Origin: Felis catus
Taxonomy: Eukaryota
Direction: 5' to 3'
DNA: 64,000 nt
NCBI RefSeq assembly: GCF_018350175.1
Contig: NC_058368.1
Span: forward strand, 37,822,001 to 37,886,000
Translations under genes and position numbers: made by a program
The notes under the pieces: generated by a model
Told to the model about the DNA's origin: nothing
The model's database searches: none
What the model saw: only the letters and a program-made list of their open reading frames with translations
Shown here: positions 11,066-22,755 of the stretch, in pieces
How the letters are laid out: the number at the start of each line of letters is the position of its first letter
Numbering within the stretch: the first letter of the stretch is position 1

Positions 11066-11814
11066 TAAATTTACTTTTTAAGTCAGGATTTATGTGAGTC
11101 AAAACAGTTTATAACCTCAAGGGCAATAGCTGATGCAGATGTTGTAGAAAAAAACACAAAGAAGAAAATGTTGACTAAACATAATGCTTTTAATTAAAAA
11201 AAATGTTAATAATGAAGTTACAAGAGAAAGTAAAATAGAGGTAGCAAATAGGAGCAGTCATATGGCTAATATATTTATTCTGTAAATATTTTAGATTCCC
11301 ATTGGTAGACATATATAGTAAGATACCTTGAGATATTATTCTTTGTGATATTTCTCTTCTGTCCTTTTTTATATTTTATTTTTCATAAGAATCAAAGTCA
11401 TTCAGGTTACCCAAGTGTAATTGGGATAACATAACAGAAATTCAAAGGAGGAAAGCTTTATGTCCACTATTTGGCTTCCAAAGCAAATTTCCAGTGCTCC
11501 TAAGGGTAAAAGTTCTTTTAAAATTCTAAGTTTTTGATATGCAAGTCTGGGTTTTCTTAAGTCAGGCCAGCAACTGGGGTGGGAGAAGATTCTTGAAAAT
11601 GTAACAGTAAGGTCCAGTCAGTACCACTGATACAAGGACAGTGGATTGGAAGGAGACGATGAGGAAGATCCAGACTACTTCTTTTTTGAGAAAAACTAAA
11701 TGAGAGTCGGTGGAATAGGGGAGGAAGGAAGAGTGAGAATAATGTTTTCTAAGCGTGTATAACTAGATTCAGAATAAAGAATAGCTTATGGACAAAATAA
11801 AACCATATATGTCA

Positions 11815-11900
11815 CATGGATGTAAGGGTTAAATGATATAATTATTTGTGCATAGAGCAGTGCCTACTCTTCAGTAAGTGCTCAAATATATATTAGTAGA
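11815..11900 (+). mobile_element. MIR 3' remnant
   Basis: gtaagggttaaatgatataa...cagtgcctactcttcagtaagtgctcaaata. Confidence 0.55.
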
Positions 11901-11988
11901 TGTAATTTTACAAATTAATTTATATATGTATGTTTACTTAATAAAACATGTTTTAAAATATTGAAAAGCAAAAAAAAAAAAATAATAA

Positions 11989-12250
11989 GGGAGGTTCCTG
12001 GGTGGCTCAGTCAGTTAAGTTTCCAACTCGTCATCTCAGTTCAGGTCATAATATCATGGTTTGTGAGTTCGAGCCCCAGATTGGGCTCTGCACTGACAGC
12101 ATGGAGCCTTCTTGGGGTTCTCTCTCTCTCCGTCTCTCTCTACCCCTCCCCCGCTTTCTCTCTTTCTCTCAAAAATAAATAAAGAAACTTTAAAATAAAA
12201 TAAAATAAAATAAAATAAAATAAAATAAAATAAAATAAAATAAAATAAAA
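11989..12250 (+). mobile_element. Can-SINE with (TAAAA)12 tail
   Basis: SINE head and body. (TAAAA)n at 12191-12250. tgaaaagca on both flanks. Confidence 0.93.
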
Positions 12251-13487
12251 CTGAAAAGCATCTGAGTTAAGCGGTTGGTAGTAACCTTTCCTGACTCCTG
12301 CTAGGGACTTCCATGTTTTGTAGTGTATATTTTTGTGATGGTTGATTAACACAAACTATGACTTTTTAAACAGAAAAAAAATGTAAATAAAACACCCACA
12401 CAGTAAAATCACATTCAATAAGAAACTTAACAACCAATCTGAGCAGAAAATTCAAACAAAGGTCACATCTGGAAGTTATACCCTTATAAGTAGAAAAAGC
12501 CCATTAAAGTAACACAAGAGACCTCGGAAAGTGCCTGGCCTATGGCAGGTGCTCACTAGTGAATTGTAAATGAATAATGTATGAAAAACCCACAACTTAG
12601 CACAATTTTGTCTATAAGGCTGTCAATAATTCTGATGCCATTATGGGTTCATTTTCATTTGGAAGCTAAATTGCAATATATATTATGAATTTTAATATAT
12701 TCATATACTTCTGCCAGTAATTTCATTTCTGCTAATCTATTGGAAGAGATGATATTAAATATAAAGAAAATTATACCATTTCATAAACTTTCATTTATTT
12801 TTACTATGATTTCTGCAATAAAATTGAGCAAACTAAACCATTAAAAGAATGAAATAGGAATTTATAGAAATTGCAGTATAAACAAAAAGTCCTCAGTAAC
12901 ATCCCAGTTGCATTTTTATTACATTCAACTGCTTACATGAAATAATATGAATTAAAAAGAAAAAGCTGGAATTATTATGTTTATCAATTTTTCATGAGTA
13001 CAGATATTCCCAAAACAGACTGAATAAGGAGTCGGCCAATGTTCTCAGGTCCACATAAGTGGAAGTCCCAGACTGAGTTGGCCTGACCAGAGGTAGAACA
13101 GGTACAGTGACAATGGATTGGAAGGAGAAGATGAGGAAGATCCAGACTACTATGTTTTTGAGAAAATGAAAGTCCTGGACATAGACTGATATTTAAGAAC
13201 GTTTCCATTATTCGTCTTACATACATCATTTGGCAGTACCCTTGGTTGCCTTGTCTGGGGATGGTGTTTGTTAGAACTGAACCAAAGAATTGTCAAGCAA
13301 AGAATATTTTGGTTTTAAGTAAGGTGTTCTAAAGTATTTGGAGAAAAATTGGAGAATTGGAATATTCAGCATTTTGTTTTTCTTTTGTTTCTCTGTTTCT
13401 CATAGGCTTTTTTTTTTTAAACACTTCTCTGAGAATAAAATATAAAGTTCATAAAAAGAACTTAGTTTTTAAAAGTGCAGTTTTTCA

Positions 13488-13695
13488 GGGCACCTGAATG
13501 GCTCAGTTGGTTAAGCATCCGGCTTTGATTCAGGTCATGATCTTGCAGTTCGTGGGTTTGAGCCCCACGTTGGGCTCTGTGCTGACAGCTCAGACCCTGG
13601 AGCCTGCTTTGGATTCTGTGTCTCCCTCTCTTTCTGCCCCTTCCTTGCTCACACTCTGTCTCTCAAAAATCAATAAACATTAAAAATTTTTTTTT
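13488..13695 (+). mobile_element. Can-SINE (felid type)
   Basis: TSD aaagtgcagtttttc at 13472-13486 and 13696-13710. Confidence 0.96.
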
Positions 13696-15286
13696 AAAGT
13701 GCAGTTTTTCTGTTGCATAAAACAGCAAAGCTGGTCACAGAACACAAAATATTTTTAAAATTATAGGAGTGGGACAATCGGTTGGCTATTTGGCAAGATG
13801 TAAATTTAAATTTACATATAAAAGAATATTATTAAGTACATTCCAGTGTATATATATTCCATATATATATTGGAATGTATGGAATGTATGTATGGAATGT
13901 ATATTATATATACATATAATATTTTTATATATGATGTATTTTATATATATTATATACAATTCATTATATATTATGTATATAGTGAAAGATGCTAATAATC
14001 AAATTACTCATAAATAAATAATAACCAAACTTGAATAAATACTATTAATTTCCTTCCTTCCTCTGAGTCTTTAAGTGTGTTTTTGAATTTGATATTTCAT
14101 GATTTTGACAATATGCAAGGAATACATCCATGATTTTTAAGAAATCAGAAAACAGTAGACAATTAAAAAGGTGTTCTGAACGATAGTTTAATCATTGTAC
14201 ACCATTTATTCCCTTGGAATAATTTTGTTATTATGAGAAACTTATAATTTCTTATCAGAGTCAAAATCATCTGGTGTGTAATCTTCAGTAGATGTATCAA
14301 CTCTCTGTGATTTATGTCCCAAATTTTTAAATCGCATGTTAAATATATATTGCATTTCTCATGTTCACCAGGATAAGAAACTATATGAATGGTAATAGGT
14401 ACATAGCACCTATCTCTTAGGTCAGAAATAAATGCTATAAAGAACTCTTCACATGTTTGTCTTATCTTAAAGCCTCAGCAAATGCTGGCACTCAGTGTGG
14501 CCTATGGGATTAAATAAGATGACATATGTAAATCACCATGCATAATGCACAGCACAGGGTGAATAAAGGAGTTTTTTATAATTATTATTGAGAAGGATTT
14601 AAAAATCAGAACTATAATAATATGATGCTAGGCCGTGTTTTAATCTCATTTACAGTTACTGAAAGAGCAGGAAACACGTAAATTATTTTCAGACTCTTCT
14701 TAACGCTTGGCATACTTTTTATTCTTTGGAGGGAAATGGTGTAATTATGACCTGCTCATATCCCATCCACGTAATGTCAGAAAAGAGTTTCGACTCTTCC
14801 AGCTAGTGTCACTGGTGGCCAAGATTAGTCTTGGAATTGTCACAGTCATACCTGTTTAAACATGTAAATAAATATCAAAAGTCTTCATATTGAGCAAAAC
14901 CTGTAACTTTAGAAGTGGAACAAATAAGAGATTCCTGCTCTATGCCCAAGTTTTACAGTTTGAGGGAATTTAAATAACTTGCCAAAGTCAAACAGAACAT
15001 TTATGAGGTAAGAAGGCATTCAGTATGTTAGTCAATGATGGGAAAAACTTGTAAATTTACCCCCAAACTTCTAGAAATATGGTTTACCTCAGATGGAGTG
15101 ACTGGAATAAAGGTCTTGGTCAAAACTATCTGACTTGTGGCAGAGAATCCAATGTGAGCATATGAAAAAATAAAAATGGTACCATTGCACATATCTGGTT
15201 AAAATTTTATGGTCTATTTAATTTAAATACTTAGTAGAATTCAGTATCACATAACTATGCTATATTTAATATCTCTGTAGAATTTA

Positions 15287-15519
15287 TTTATTTTTTTTTA
15301 ATTTTTTAAACTTTTTTTTTTTTTTATTTATTTTTGAGACAGAGAGAGACAGAGCGTGAATGGGGGAGGGTCAGCGAGAGGGAGACACAGAATCCGAAAC
15401 AGGCTCCAGGCTCTGAGCTGTCAGCACAGAGCCCGACGCGGGGCTTGAACTCACAGACCGTGAGATCATGACCTGAGCCGAAGTCAGCCGCTTAACCGAC
15501 TGAGCCACCCAGGTGCCCC
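15287..15519 (-). mobile_element. Young Can-SINE (SINEC_Fc-like)
   Basis: Many CpGs retained. Perfect 19-bp TSD aatatctctgtagaattta (15268-15286, 15520-15538). Confidence 0.97.
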
Positions 15520-16397
15520 AATATCTCTGTAGAATTTAGTAAACATATATTTTTCATTCTGTAGAAGTCACTGAATTTACCACTTACCAAAACATCTAAA
15601 AATTAATGAACCATAATTATTATGTCATTGAGATGCCTGAAAATGGTGTTAAACTTGTGCCGAGGACTATCATTTTTCCACTTTCAGTCATATGAGATCA
15701 TATGGATATTTGGGCCTTGTATTATTTAGTCACCTAAAATCTTATACGTTTAGTATTATATGTTTGTTTGTTTTATCTGTAAACTGTTAAGTAAGCAATA
15801 CCCACAAAATCCTGGGATGTAGAACTGAATCTAAGTATTTTTCCAACACCTAATAACTTCATTATACTCCTATTCATTATAGTATTCATAAATGTATGTG
15901 CAATATCTATATATTTTCTGTAATAATATTGAATATAAATTCAGGACTCAAAATTCCAGTGTACTTACAGAATTATATTTATTCAAAATTAGGAGTTCTA
16001 TAAACTGACCAGGGATGAAGACATAATGAGCTCAAAAGGAGCTAAATTTATAAATGTCCGGGTACAGATCACAGCCACAATGTTGGTTTTGTTCCATGAA
16101 GTGGGCTAGAATTCTACTACGGTAATATGGCATAATCAATTTGGTCATGCACCAGAATCATATCATACAAAAATCGTCCATCGTTTCTTATATTCTATTC
16201 CATTTTACAGAAGACCAATACAAATAAGAGTCTAGTCACAGAAAATAAAGTCAGAATGGGAATAATTCCTTCTTTTTCTTTTTTTGGTAAAAAAATATAT
16301 ATGATATTGAAGTTTTTGTAACATTATCACTTCTTTCCTAGAGGCATTTTCTTATTGTTCATCTATAGATTTTAGCACTTAGAAAATAGGAAGATCA

Positions 16398-16610
16398 GGG
16401 GCGCCTGGGTGGCTCAGTCGGTTATGCATCTAACTTCAGCCCAGGTCATGATCTCATGGCTGGTGAGCTCGAGTCCCACGTCTGGCTCTGTGCTGACAGC
16501 TCGGAGCCTGGAGCCTGCTTTGGATTCTGTGACTTCTTCTCTCTCTGTCCCTCTCCCATTTGTGCTCTGTCTCTCTCTATCAAAAATAAATAAATGTAAA
16601 AAAATAAAAT
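16398..16610 (+). mobile_element. Can-SINE (felid type)
   Basis: Head ggggcgcctgggtggctcagtcgg. TSD aaaataggaaga. Confidence 0.96.
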
Positions 16611-19600
16611 AAAATAGGAAGACTAAAACAAAATTTAACCCCCCAAATCATTTTCTATCATATATGGTTATTTGTGTATCATAAACTCTTCATTGTTTAG
16701 TATATAGAAAATAAACATTCTAAATATTCACTTCCTATCTCAAAACAGGGTTGTGTTATCTAAAGTTTTATATTCCTAAGCTCATATCAGAAACAACATG
16801 AGAAAAAATGTTCAGAAAACAAATGATTACACATTGAGTTCTTTTGATTTCTTACCTAGGAAAGATCCTTTCAAGATATTCCTGAAATTAAATCAAGCCA
16901 GCCAACAGTTGGAGAAGCATTGCCAGGCGGGTAGGACTTTCTCTGTATGTTTGCATTGCCTTATTGGAGACCCATTTGTAAAAGTTTTTACACCATGAAG
17001 AGATAAGCGACAATGTTTCTTTGTTGATATAAGTCAAAGTTAATAAATGATTCTACCAGGCAAGAGTGAAAGGGAGAGACTTTTGACTTAGAGTCAATTA
17101 AAGATCCCTTTGCCTTACTTATTGCCTTAGGAATGTTATGCATTTTGAGCTATCCTTCTGAAGTATTAACTCGCACCTTGTCTCTCTTCTGTTCATAAAT
17201 TATGTCAATTGGCAGAATTCAGTAAAAAAGAACTTGCATTTCCCCTGAAACCTAGAGGTTATGGTCAGAAAAAAAATAAAGCTGTTTAACTCATTTTCAA
17301 CCTTAGAGGTATAAAGCATTTTCAGATATTACTATCTATTATTGGCTTCTTTCAATGCAGCTTTTATCCAAAAGCAAGCAGTACCCAAGGGCTTTCAGTT
17401 AAGTTTACTTTCAGTTAAGTTTAGCAAATGTTTGACATTTTAAAAGATATGCTTTGCTAAACTATAAAGACATGTTTTAACAGCACCTTCTAGAACTGCC
17501 GAGACTATGAGATATGTGGGATTCTAATGTAAATCATACTTGGCAGCCTCTTTTTCATTTTAAGAAATAGAAATGTGATTCTAGGTAAATTATTTTTCTA
17601 GGCAAATCTAAGCATATTATTTTAAAATTCTCCCATGAAAATGATAGCTGATCAATGTTACGCTCAATGCTTATTACTAGGCAAATTAGCAAAATGTACC
17701 CTATTGATTTAAAAAATTGTTTTTGATCTTAAATAAGGTAGCCAGTTGTCAATTGGTTCAGAGTGAGAGTAACTTGGCAAAATTCTAGCAAACCATAAAC
17801 TTCTCTTTGTCTCCTAAACTTGTAGCTGTCTAGAGAATGAGTCTGCTGAACAGTTAGAAAGTTGATTCAGTTAACATCAGATAGCAGCTCTATCTTATAA
17901 GCAAGCAGTGTGCAGTAGAATTCACATCCATGAGTCTTGTTGGGAGTGGAAGTCGTTAAGAATGAAGAGACCAAGTCAGGAAGTGGAGATGGAATCCGAG
18001 GACTTCAAGTTAGCTTCACAAATAACATAGTCTAAAGGGAACAGTGCCAAGAAGTTTCAAATGGGTAATGCTTTGGCTCATGGCTCACTGTTTTGAAACA
18101 TTTTTTAGAGGTGTTTCGTCTTATTTTGTTTTTCACTGTGTCTGAGGCAAATGACTTTGTGTCTTGAAAATATTTTATATATATTTTTTAAATTATGCGG
18201 GTCATTGCCTAACATGATATATAGCAGAGTCTTGGATTTGATGCTTTGGAGAACACAAACATTGGTTTTTCTTTGACCCCTAAATTGGTCAAGCTGTGAA
18301 AACCATCCAGATCAACATGGTCATGAGACATGATGGATACAAGGAAATAGTGGTGTAATGATTTGAGAAATGCGGACCACAATACTCCTACTGCCTAGTT
18401 AAGATAATCCCTGCCTCCATTCATTGATTTTTGTGTGAAGTTGTAATTAAGTGAAGTTACAGTGAGGTGACAGACGCCCAGCAGCTGTAGAGCACATCCT
18501 ATGACTCGCCCGGGTAGAGCAGCAGTCACAATTCTGCCCAACTGCTGAGCATGGCATTCAGTCCACCCTATCAGAATGTGTGACCATGCTTGCCCAGCAG
18601 CCTCACGGCATATCCTATGGCCCACCTGGGCAGAGAGCCAGGCAGACAGCTCTGCCAACAGTTGAACATAGTGTCTGGCCCCACATAAAACATGATCCTG
18701 AACAGTGACCTGAGCGCCTGATGAAGCCCGGGCTACATACCCACCGAGCAGCAGACCTGAGCCTATGGCCCTGCCCGATTGCTGAACAGCCCATGGCATC
18801 ATAGAGGCAGGGAGTGTAGCCAGGGACCCCATCCAATCATGGAGCAGAGCCTGTGGCCCCACCTGATCTGGGAGCTTGGACAGCCAATCAGTCCAAATGT
18901 GGAACAGTCTCCAGCCCCACACAACTGCAGGGTGAAGCGGGGGCCATGTCTGATCACAGCCCTGCCAACAGCCATGCCTGATGGCAGAGCAGAGCCAATG
19001 GCTGAGTCATTTGTGAAGCCCAACCTACAACCTTTCCCAACGTCAGGGCATAGCCTGAGACCACACTTGATCTCAGAGCAAGGCTGGAAGCTTTGTCCCA
19101 CTGTAAAGCCTGACCTGTGGCCCCAGCTGAACACAGGGTCCAGCGAGCAGCACCGTCTAGTTGAGGAGCATAGCCTGAGACCCCACCCGAACCAGGAGCA
19201 ATTGCAGACCACCGCCCACAGGCCTGCCCAGTGATAGATTGCAAGCAGCAGCACCACCCTGTCAGGAAACACAGCCTGTGAGTCTTCCTGACCGGAAGTT
19301 ATTTCAAAGCCCAGCGACTGGCTCCTCCTGAACACAGCCGGCAGCCTCACTCAGCTGTGGAGCCCAGCCTGTAGCCACCCCCACCATTAGAGCACAAGTA
19401 GTAGTGTTGGCCAACTGCAGACACCAACAGCAAGCCTCACCTGCCCACAGACACTACCAGCCGACCTGTACACTAGCCCAAGAGGAGTTGACCAGTGAAA
19501 GTCCTTCCTGGACAAAGTGAACTGGTAAAGTCTGGAAGAGGAGACCACTTACCTAATGGCACAGATAGCAATACAACTATACAGGGATTATGAAGAATTG

Positions 19601-19933
19601 GGTAAAATGATGCCACCAAAGGGAAACTAATAAAACTCTACCACTGGGTCAAAAGAACTGGAGATGTATGGACTGTCATCCCAAAACTTCAGATTAATCC
19701 TCTTAAGTCTAGTGAACTACAAAATCACACAGACAACTAAGTGAAATTAAGGGGGGAATGTATGAACAAAACAAGCTCAACAGAAACGGAAAAAACAAAA
19801 GCTCTACATATCACACTTTTTGATTTCAAACTATACCATAAAGCTAGACTGATCAAAACAGTATAGCACTAACATTAAAGCTGACACCAAGATCAATAGA
19901 ACTGAATTGAGAGTTCAGAAATAAAGCCACAGA

Positions 19934-20207
19934 GGGGTGCCAGGGTGGCTGAGTAAAGTCAGTGTCTGACTCTTGATTTTGGCTCTGCGCTGAGCAAGGA
20001 GCCTACTTAACGTTCTCTTTCTTTCTCTCTCTCCCTCTGCCTCTTTCCCTCTCTCCCTCTCCTTCTCCTCCTCCCTCTCCCCAGCTTCTGCCCCTCTCCC
20101 CCTCTCATGCTCTCTTGTTCTCTCTGTAAAATACATACATACATACATACATACATACATACATGCATGCGTATATACGTACATACATACATAATTTGTT
20201 AAAAAAT
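19934..20207 (+). mobile_element. Can-SINE with (TACA)n tail, inside the L1
   Basis: Head ggggtgccagggtggctgagt, CT-rich tract, (ATAC)n. Confidence 0.85.
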
Positions 20208-20432
20208 ACACACATATATGGTCAGCTAATATCTGACAGAGGAGTCATGAATATTAAGTGGGGAAGAGATGGTCTTTTCCATAAATGATATTGCAAAACT
20301 GCGTATATACGTACATACATACATAATTTGTTAAAAAATACACACATATATGGTCAGCTAATATCTGACAGAGGAGTCATGAATATTAAGTGGGGAAGAG
20401 ATGGTCTTTTCCATAAATGATATTGCAAAACT
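20169..20432 (+). repeat. Perfect 132-bp tandem duplication
   Basis: 20169-20300 equals 20301-20432. tgcgta recurs at the junctions. Confidence 0.97.
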
Positions 20433-21299
20433 GCGTAATCATATGCAAAAGAATGAAACAACACCTATCTTACACCCCTCACAAAAATTGTTTCAAAGTG
20501 AATTGAAGTTTAAAGGCAAAACCTGGAACCATAAAACTCCTAAACAAAACATAGGGGAAAAGCTCCTTGACATCTTCTTGACAATGATATTTTTAGATAT
20601 GACATCTAAAGCATAAGCAACAAAAACAAAAATAAACAACTGGAACTATATCAAACTAAAAATCTTCTGCACAGCAAAAGAAATGAAAAACAACCTATAC
20701 CATGCTGGAAAATATTTGTAAATCATCTGCTTGATAAGGGATTATTATCTAAAATATATAAAGAATTTGTGCAACTTAATAGCACTAAACAAATGTTCCA
20801 ATTTTAAACTTGGTCAGTGACTTGATAAACATTTTTCCAAAGACATATACAAGTTGCTAACAGGTACATGAAAATGTGCTCAACATATCTAATCATCAGG
20901 GAGATATAAATGAGAACCATAGTATGCTATCACCTCACACCTGTTAGAATAGCTGTTATCAAAAAGGTAATAAATAACAAGTGGTGGTAAGAATGTGGAG
21001 AAAAGGGAATCTTTGTGCTCTGTTGGTGTGAATGTAAACTGGTACAGTCACTACGGAAAACATGAATGTTCTTCAAAAAGTTAAAAATAGAACTACGATA
21101 TGTTCTAGCAGTCCCACTGCTAGGTATATATGCGAAATGAAATCACTCTCTTAAAGAGATAGCTGCACTCCCATGGTCATTGCAGCATTATTTACAGTAG
21201 CTAAGACATGAAAACAACCTAAGTATCCATTACGGATGGATGGATAAAGAAATATGGGTATGTGTGTGTGTATACATATATACTGTATATAAAAGAAGT

Positions 21300-21683
21300 T
21301 TGGATGTAGGGAAACCACAGTCAGTATGGCATCTCTGAGTTATAAAAACTCCAGCCTTCTCTTGTTGTTTTACTGCCTAGAACAGGTTTCTAGAGTCATG
21401 ATTACTTCATGATCCAATATGGCTGTCAGTGGTCCAGCCATCTTGTCTGAATCCCAGGCAACTGAAGAGAAAGGGGAAATAATAGAAAGAGATGTTCCAG
21501 AGGACTGTCTTAATTTTCTGAAGTCTCCAATAAGTCCCACCCCACAATTTTCCTTCCCCATGAGCTAGAAGTCACCTGGCCATACATAGCTGCAGATATT
21601 AGAAATGTATACTTTTAGCTGGAGTACAGGAGGGGGATGGGAAGAAGAATGCATTTGGCTAGGCAATGACCAATGTTTGCCAC
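21300..21683 (-). mobile_element. Old MaLR LTR (MLT1J/K/L-like)
   Basis: tccaatatggctg...tccagccatc, gtcacctggccatacatagctgca; ends tttgccaca. Confidence 0.65.
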
Positions 21684-21787
21684 AGGCAGTTTCAAAAATG
21701 TTTTGGAACACAAAACATTGATAAATAATTGAACTGTGTCCCAAGTTAAGAGCATATTTAAGTACATACTACATTTATTTAAATGGA

Positions 21788-21965
21788 TTAAATTTGAGAT
21801 ATCAGTATTAACTCATGTTTAATATAGATTCAGATGGTTACATATAGAAATGATTATCAATACATGCATATACGTGGTTAATATACATACATATAGCTCT
21901 TTTTCTATCTGAGAAAGGCTAAGAGCAATTGATACTCCAGTAACAATGAGCATACCTAGTGCTTT
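21788..21965 (+). mobile_element. L1MC/MD-like 3' UTR fragment
   Basis: aaatttgagatatcagta...gatggttacatatagaaat...ctccagtaacaatgagcatacctag. Confidence 0.55.
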
Positions 21966-22443
21966 GTGATTTCCAGTTCTATGTCTACCTTTGACTGCAA
22001 TCGTCAACAGTTATCTAACCTTGTAAATATAGATTACACAAGGTTATTGAATAATTTTCATTACTATGCAATAAAAAAAGTTATAGTGAAAGTGGCTATG
22101 GAGTCAAAGCAATGTTGGCTTTAATGATCTTAATGGAAGTATTATCAAGTTATCATAGGGCAACGAACCCATTTGTCGGATATAATTAATAGGTCATCAA
22201 TTAGTCTGGGTGCCCTCTCTTTAGGACAGAGCTAAAAAATAGTAAATTACAATTTTTTTGCCTCCCACACTTTCCCCCCCCCAGAGTTAGACTCTTCTCC
22301 TCAGAAAACATAATACTCCTTTAGAAGGTAAGCATCAATAATACTGATTTTATATCTTATATAGATCAGTCATAATTATGTTACTTTATAATTCTACCAT
22401 GGAAAACGTTCAGACATAAAACTTTGTCAGATGTCCACAGAAA

Positions 22444-22755
22444 TTATTTTTATATTTTAGTTTTTAGTTTAATTCCACTATAGTTAACCTACAGTATTAA
22501 ATTAGTTTTAGGTGTAAAATATAGTGATTGAACAATTCTATATATTAATGCTCATCAGATAAGTATACTCTTAATCCCCTTCACTTATTTCACCCATCCC
22601 CCACCTACCTCCCCTCTGGCAACCATCTGTTGTTCTCAGATTATATCTAAGAGTCTGTTTTTTGGTTTGTCTCTTTTTTTTGCTTTGGTTCATTTGTTTC
22701 AGTTCTTAAATTCCACATATGAGTGAAGTCATATGGTATCTGTCTTTCTCTGATT
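22444..22755 (-). mobile_element. Carnivore L1 3' end, about 310 bp, 5' truncated
   Basis: cttaatccccttcacttatttcacccatcccc...aaattccacatatgagtgaagtcatatggta. ccacaga on both flanks. Confidence 0.88.

Larger units (their letters stand above)
18470..21290 (+). mobile_element. Internally deleted L1 (L1MA/L1M3-like): GC-rich repetitive 5' UTR, ORF1 start, distal ORF2/3' region
   Basis: ORF1-start-like atgaagaattgggtaaaatgatgccaccaaagggaaactaataaa near 19590. Jumps near 19795 to ORF2-like gatttcaaactataccataaagcta, then ggggaaaagctccttgacat and cacctcacacctgttagaatagct. Confidence 0.8.

Noticed and set aside
15287..15519. tRNA-like A/B boxes as tRNA genes (applies to all SINE heads)
   Set aside because: They are tRNA-derived Can-SINE heads with (CT)n, A tails and TSDs, not tRNA genes.
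18395..19350. Longest ORFs in the window (151-183 aa) as a novel gene, or the repeat array as CRISPR-like
   Set aside because: GC-rich degenerate repeats lower the stop frequency on both strands. There is no identical-repeat/unique-spacer structure, the context is mammalian, and the array leads into L1 ORF1.
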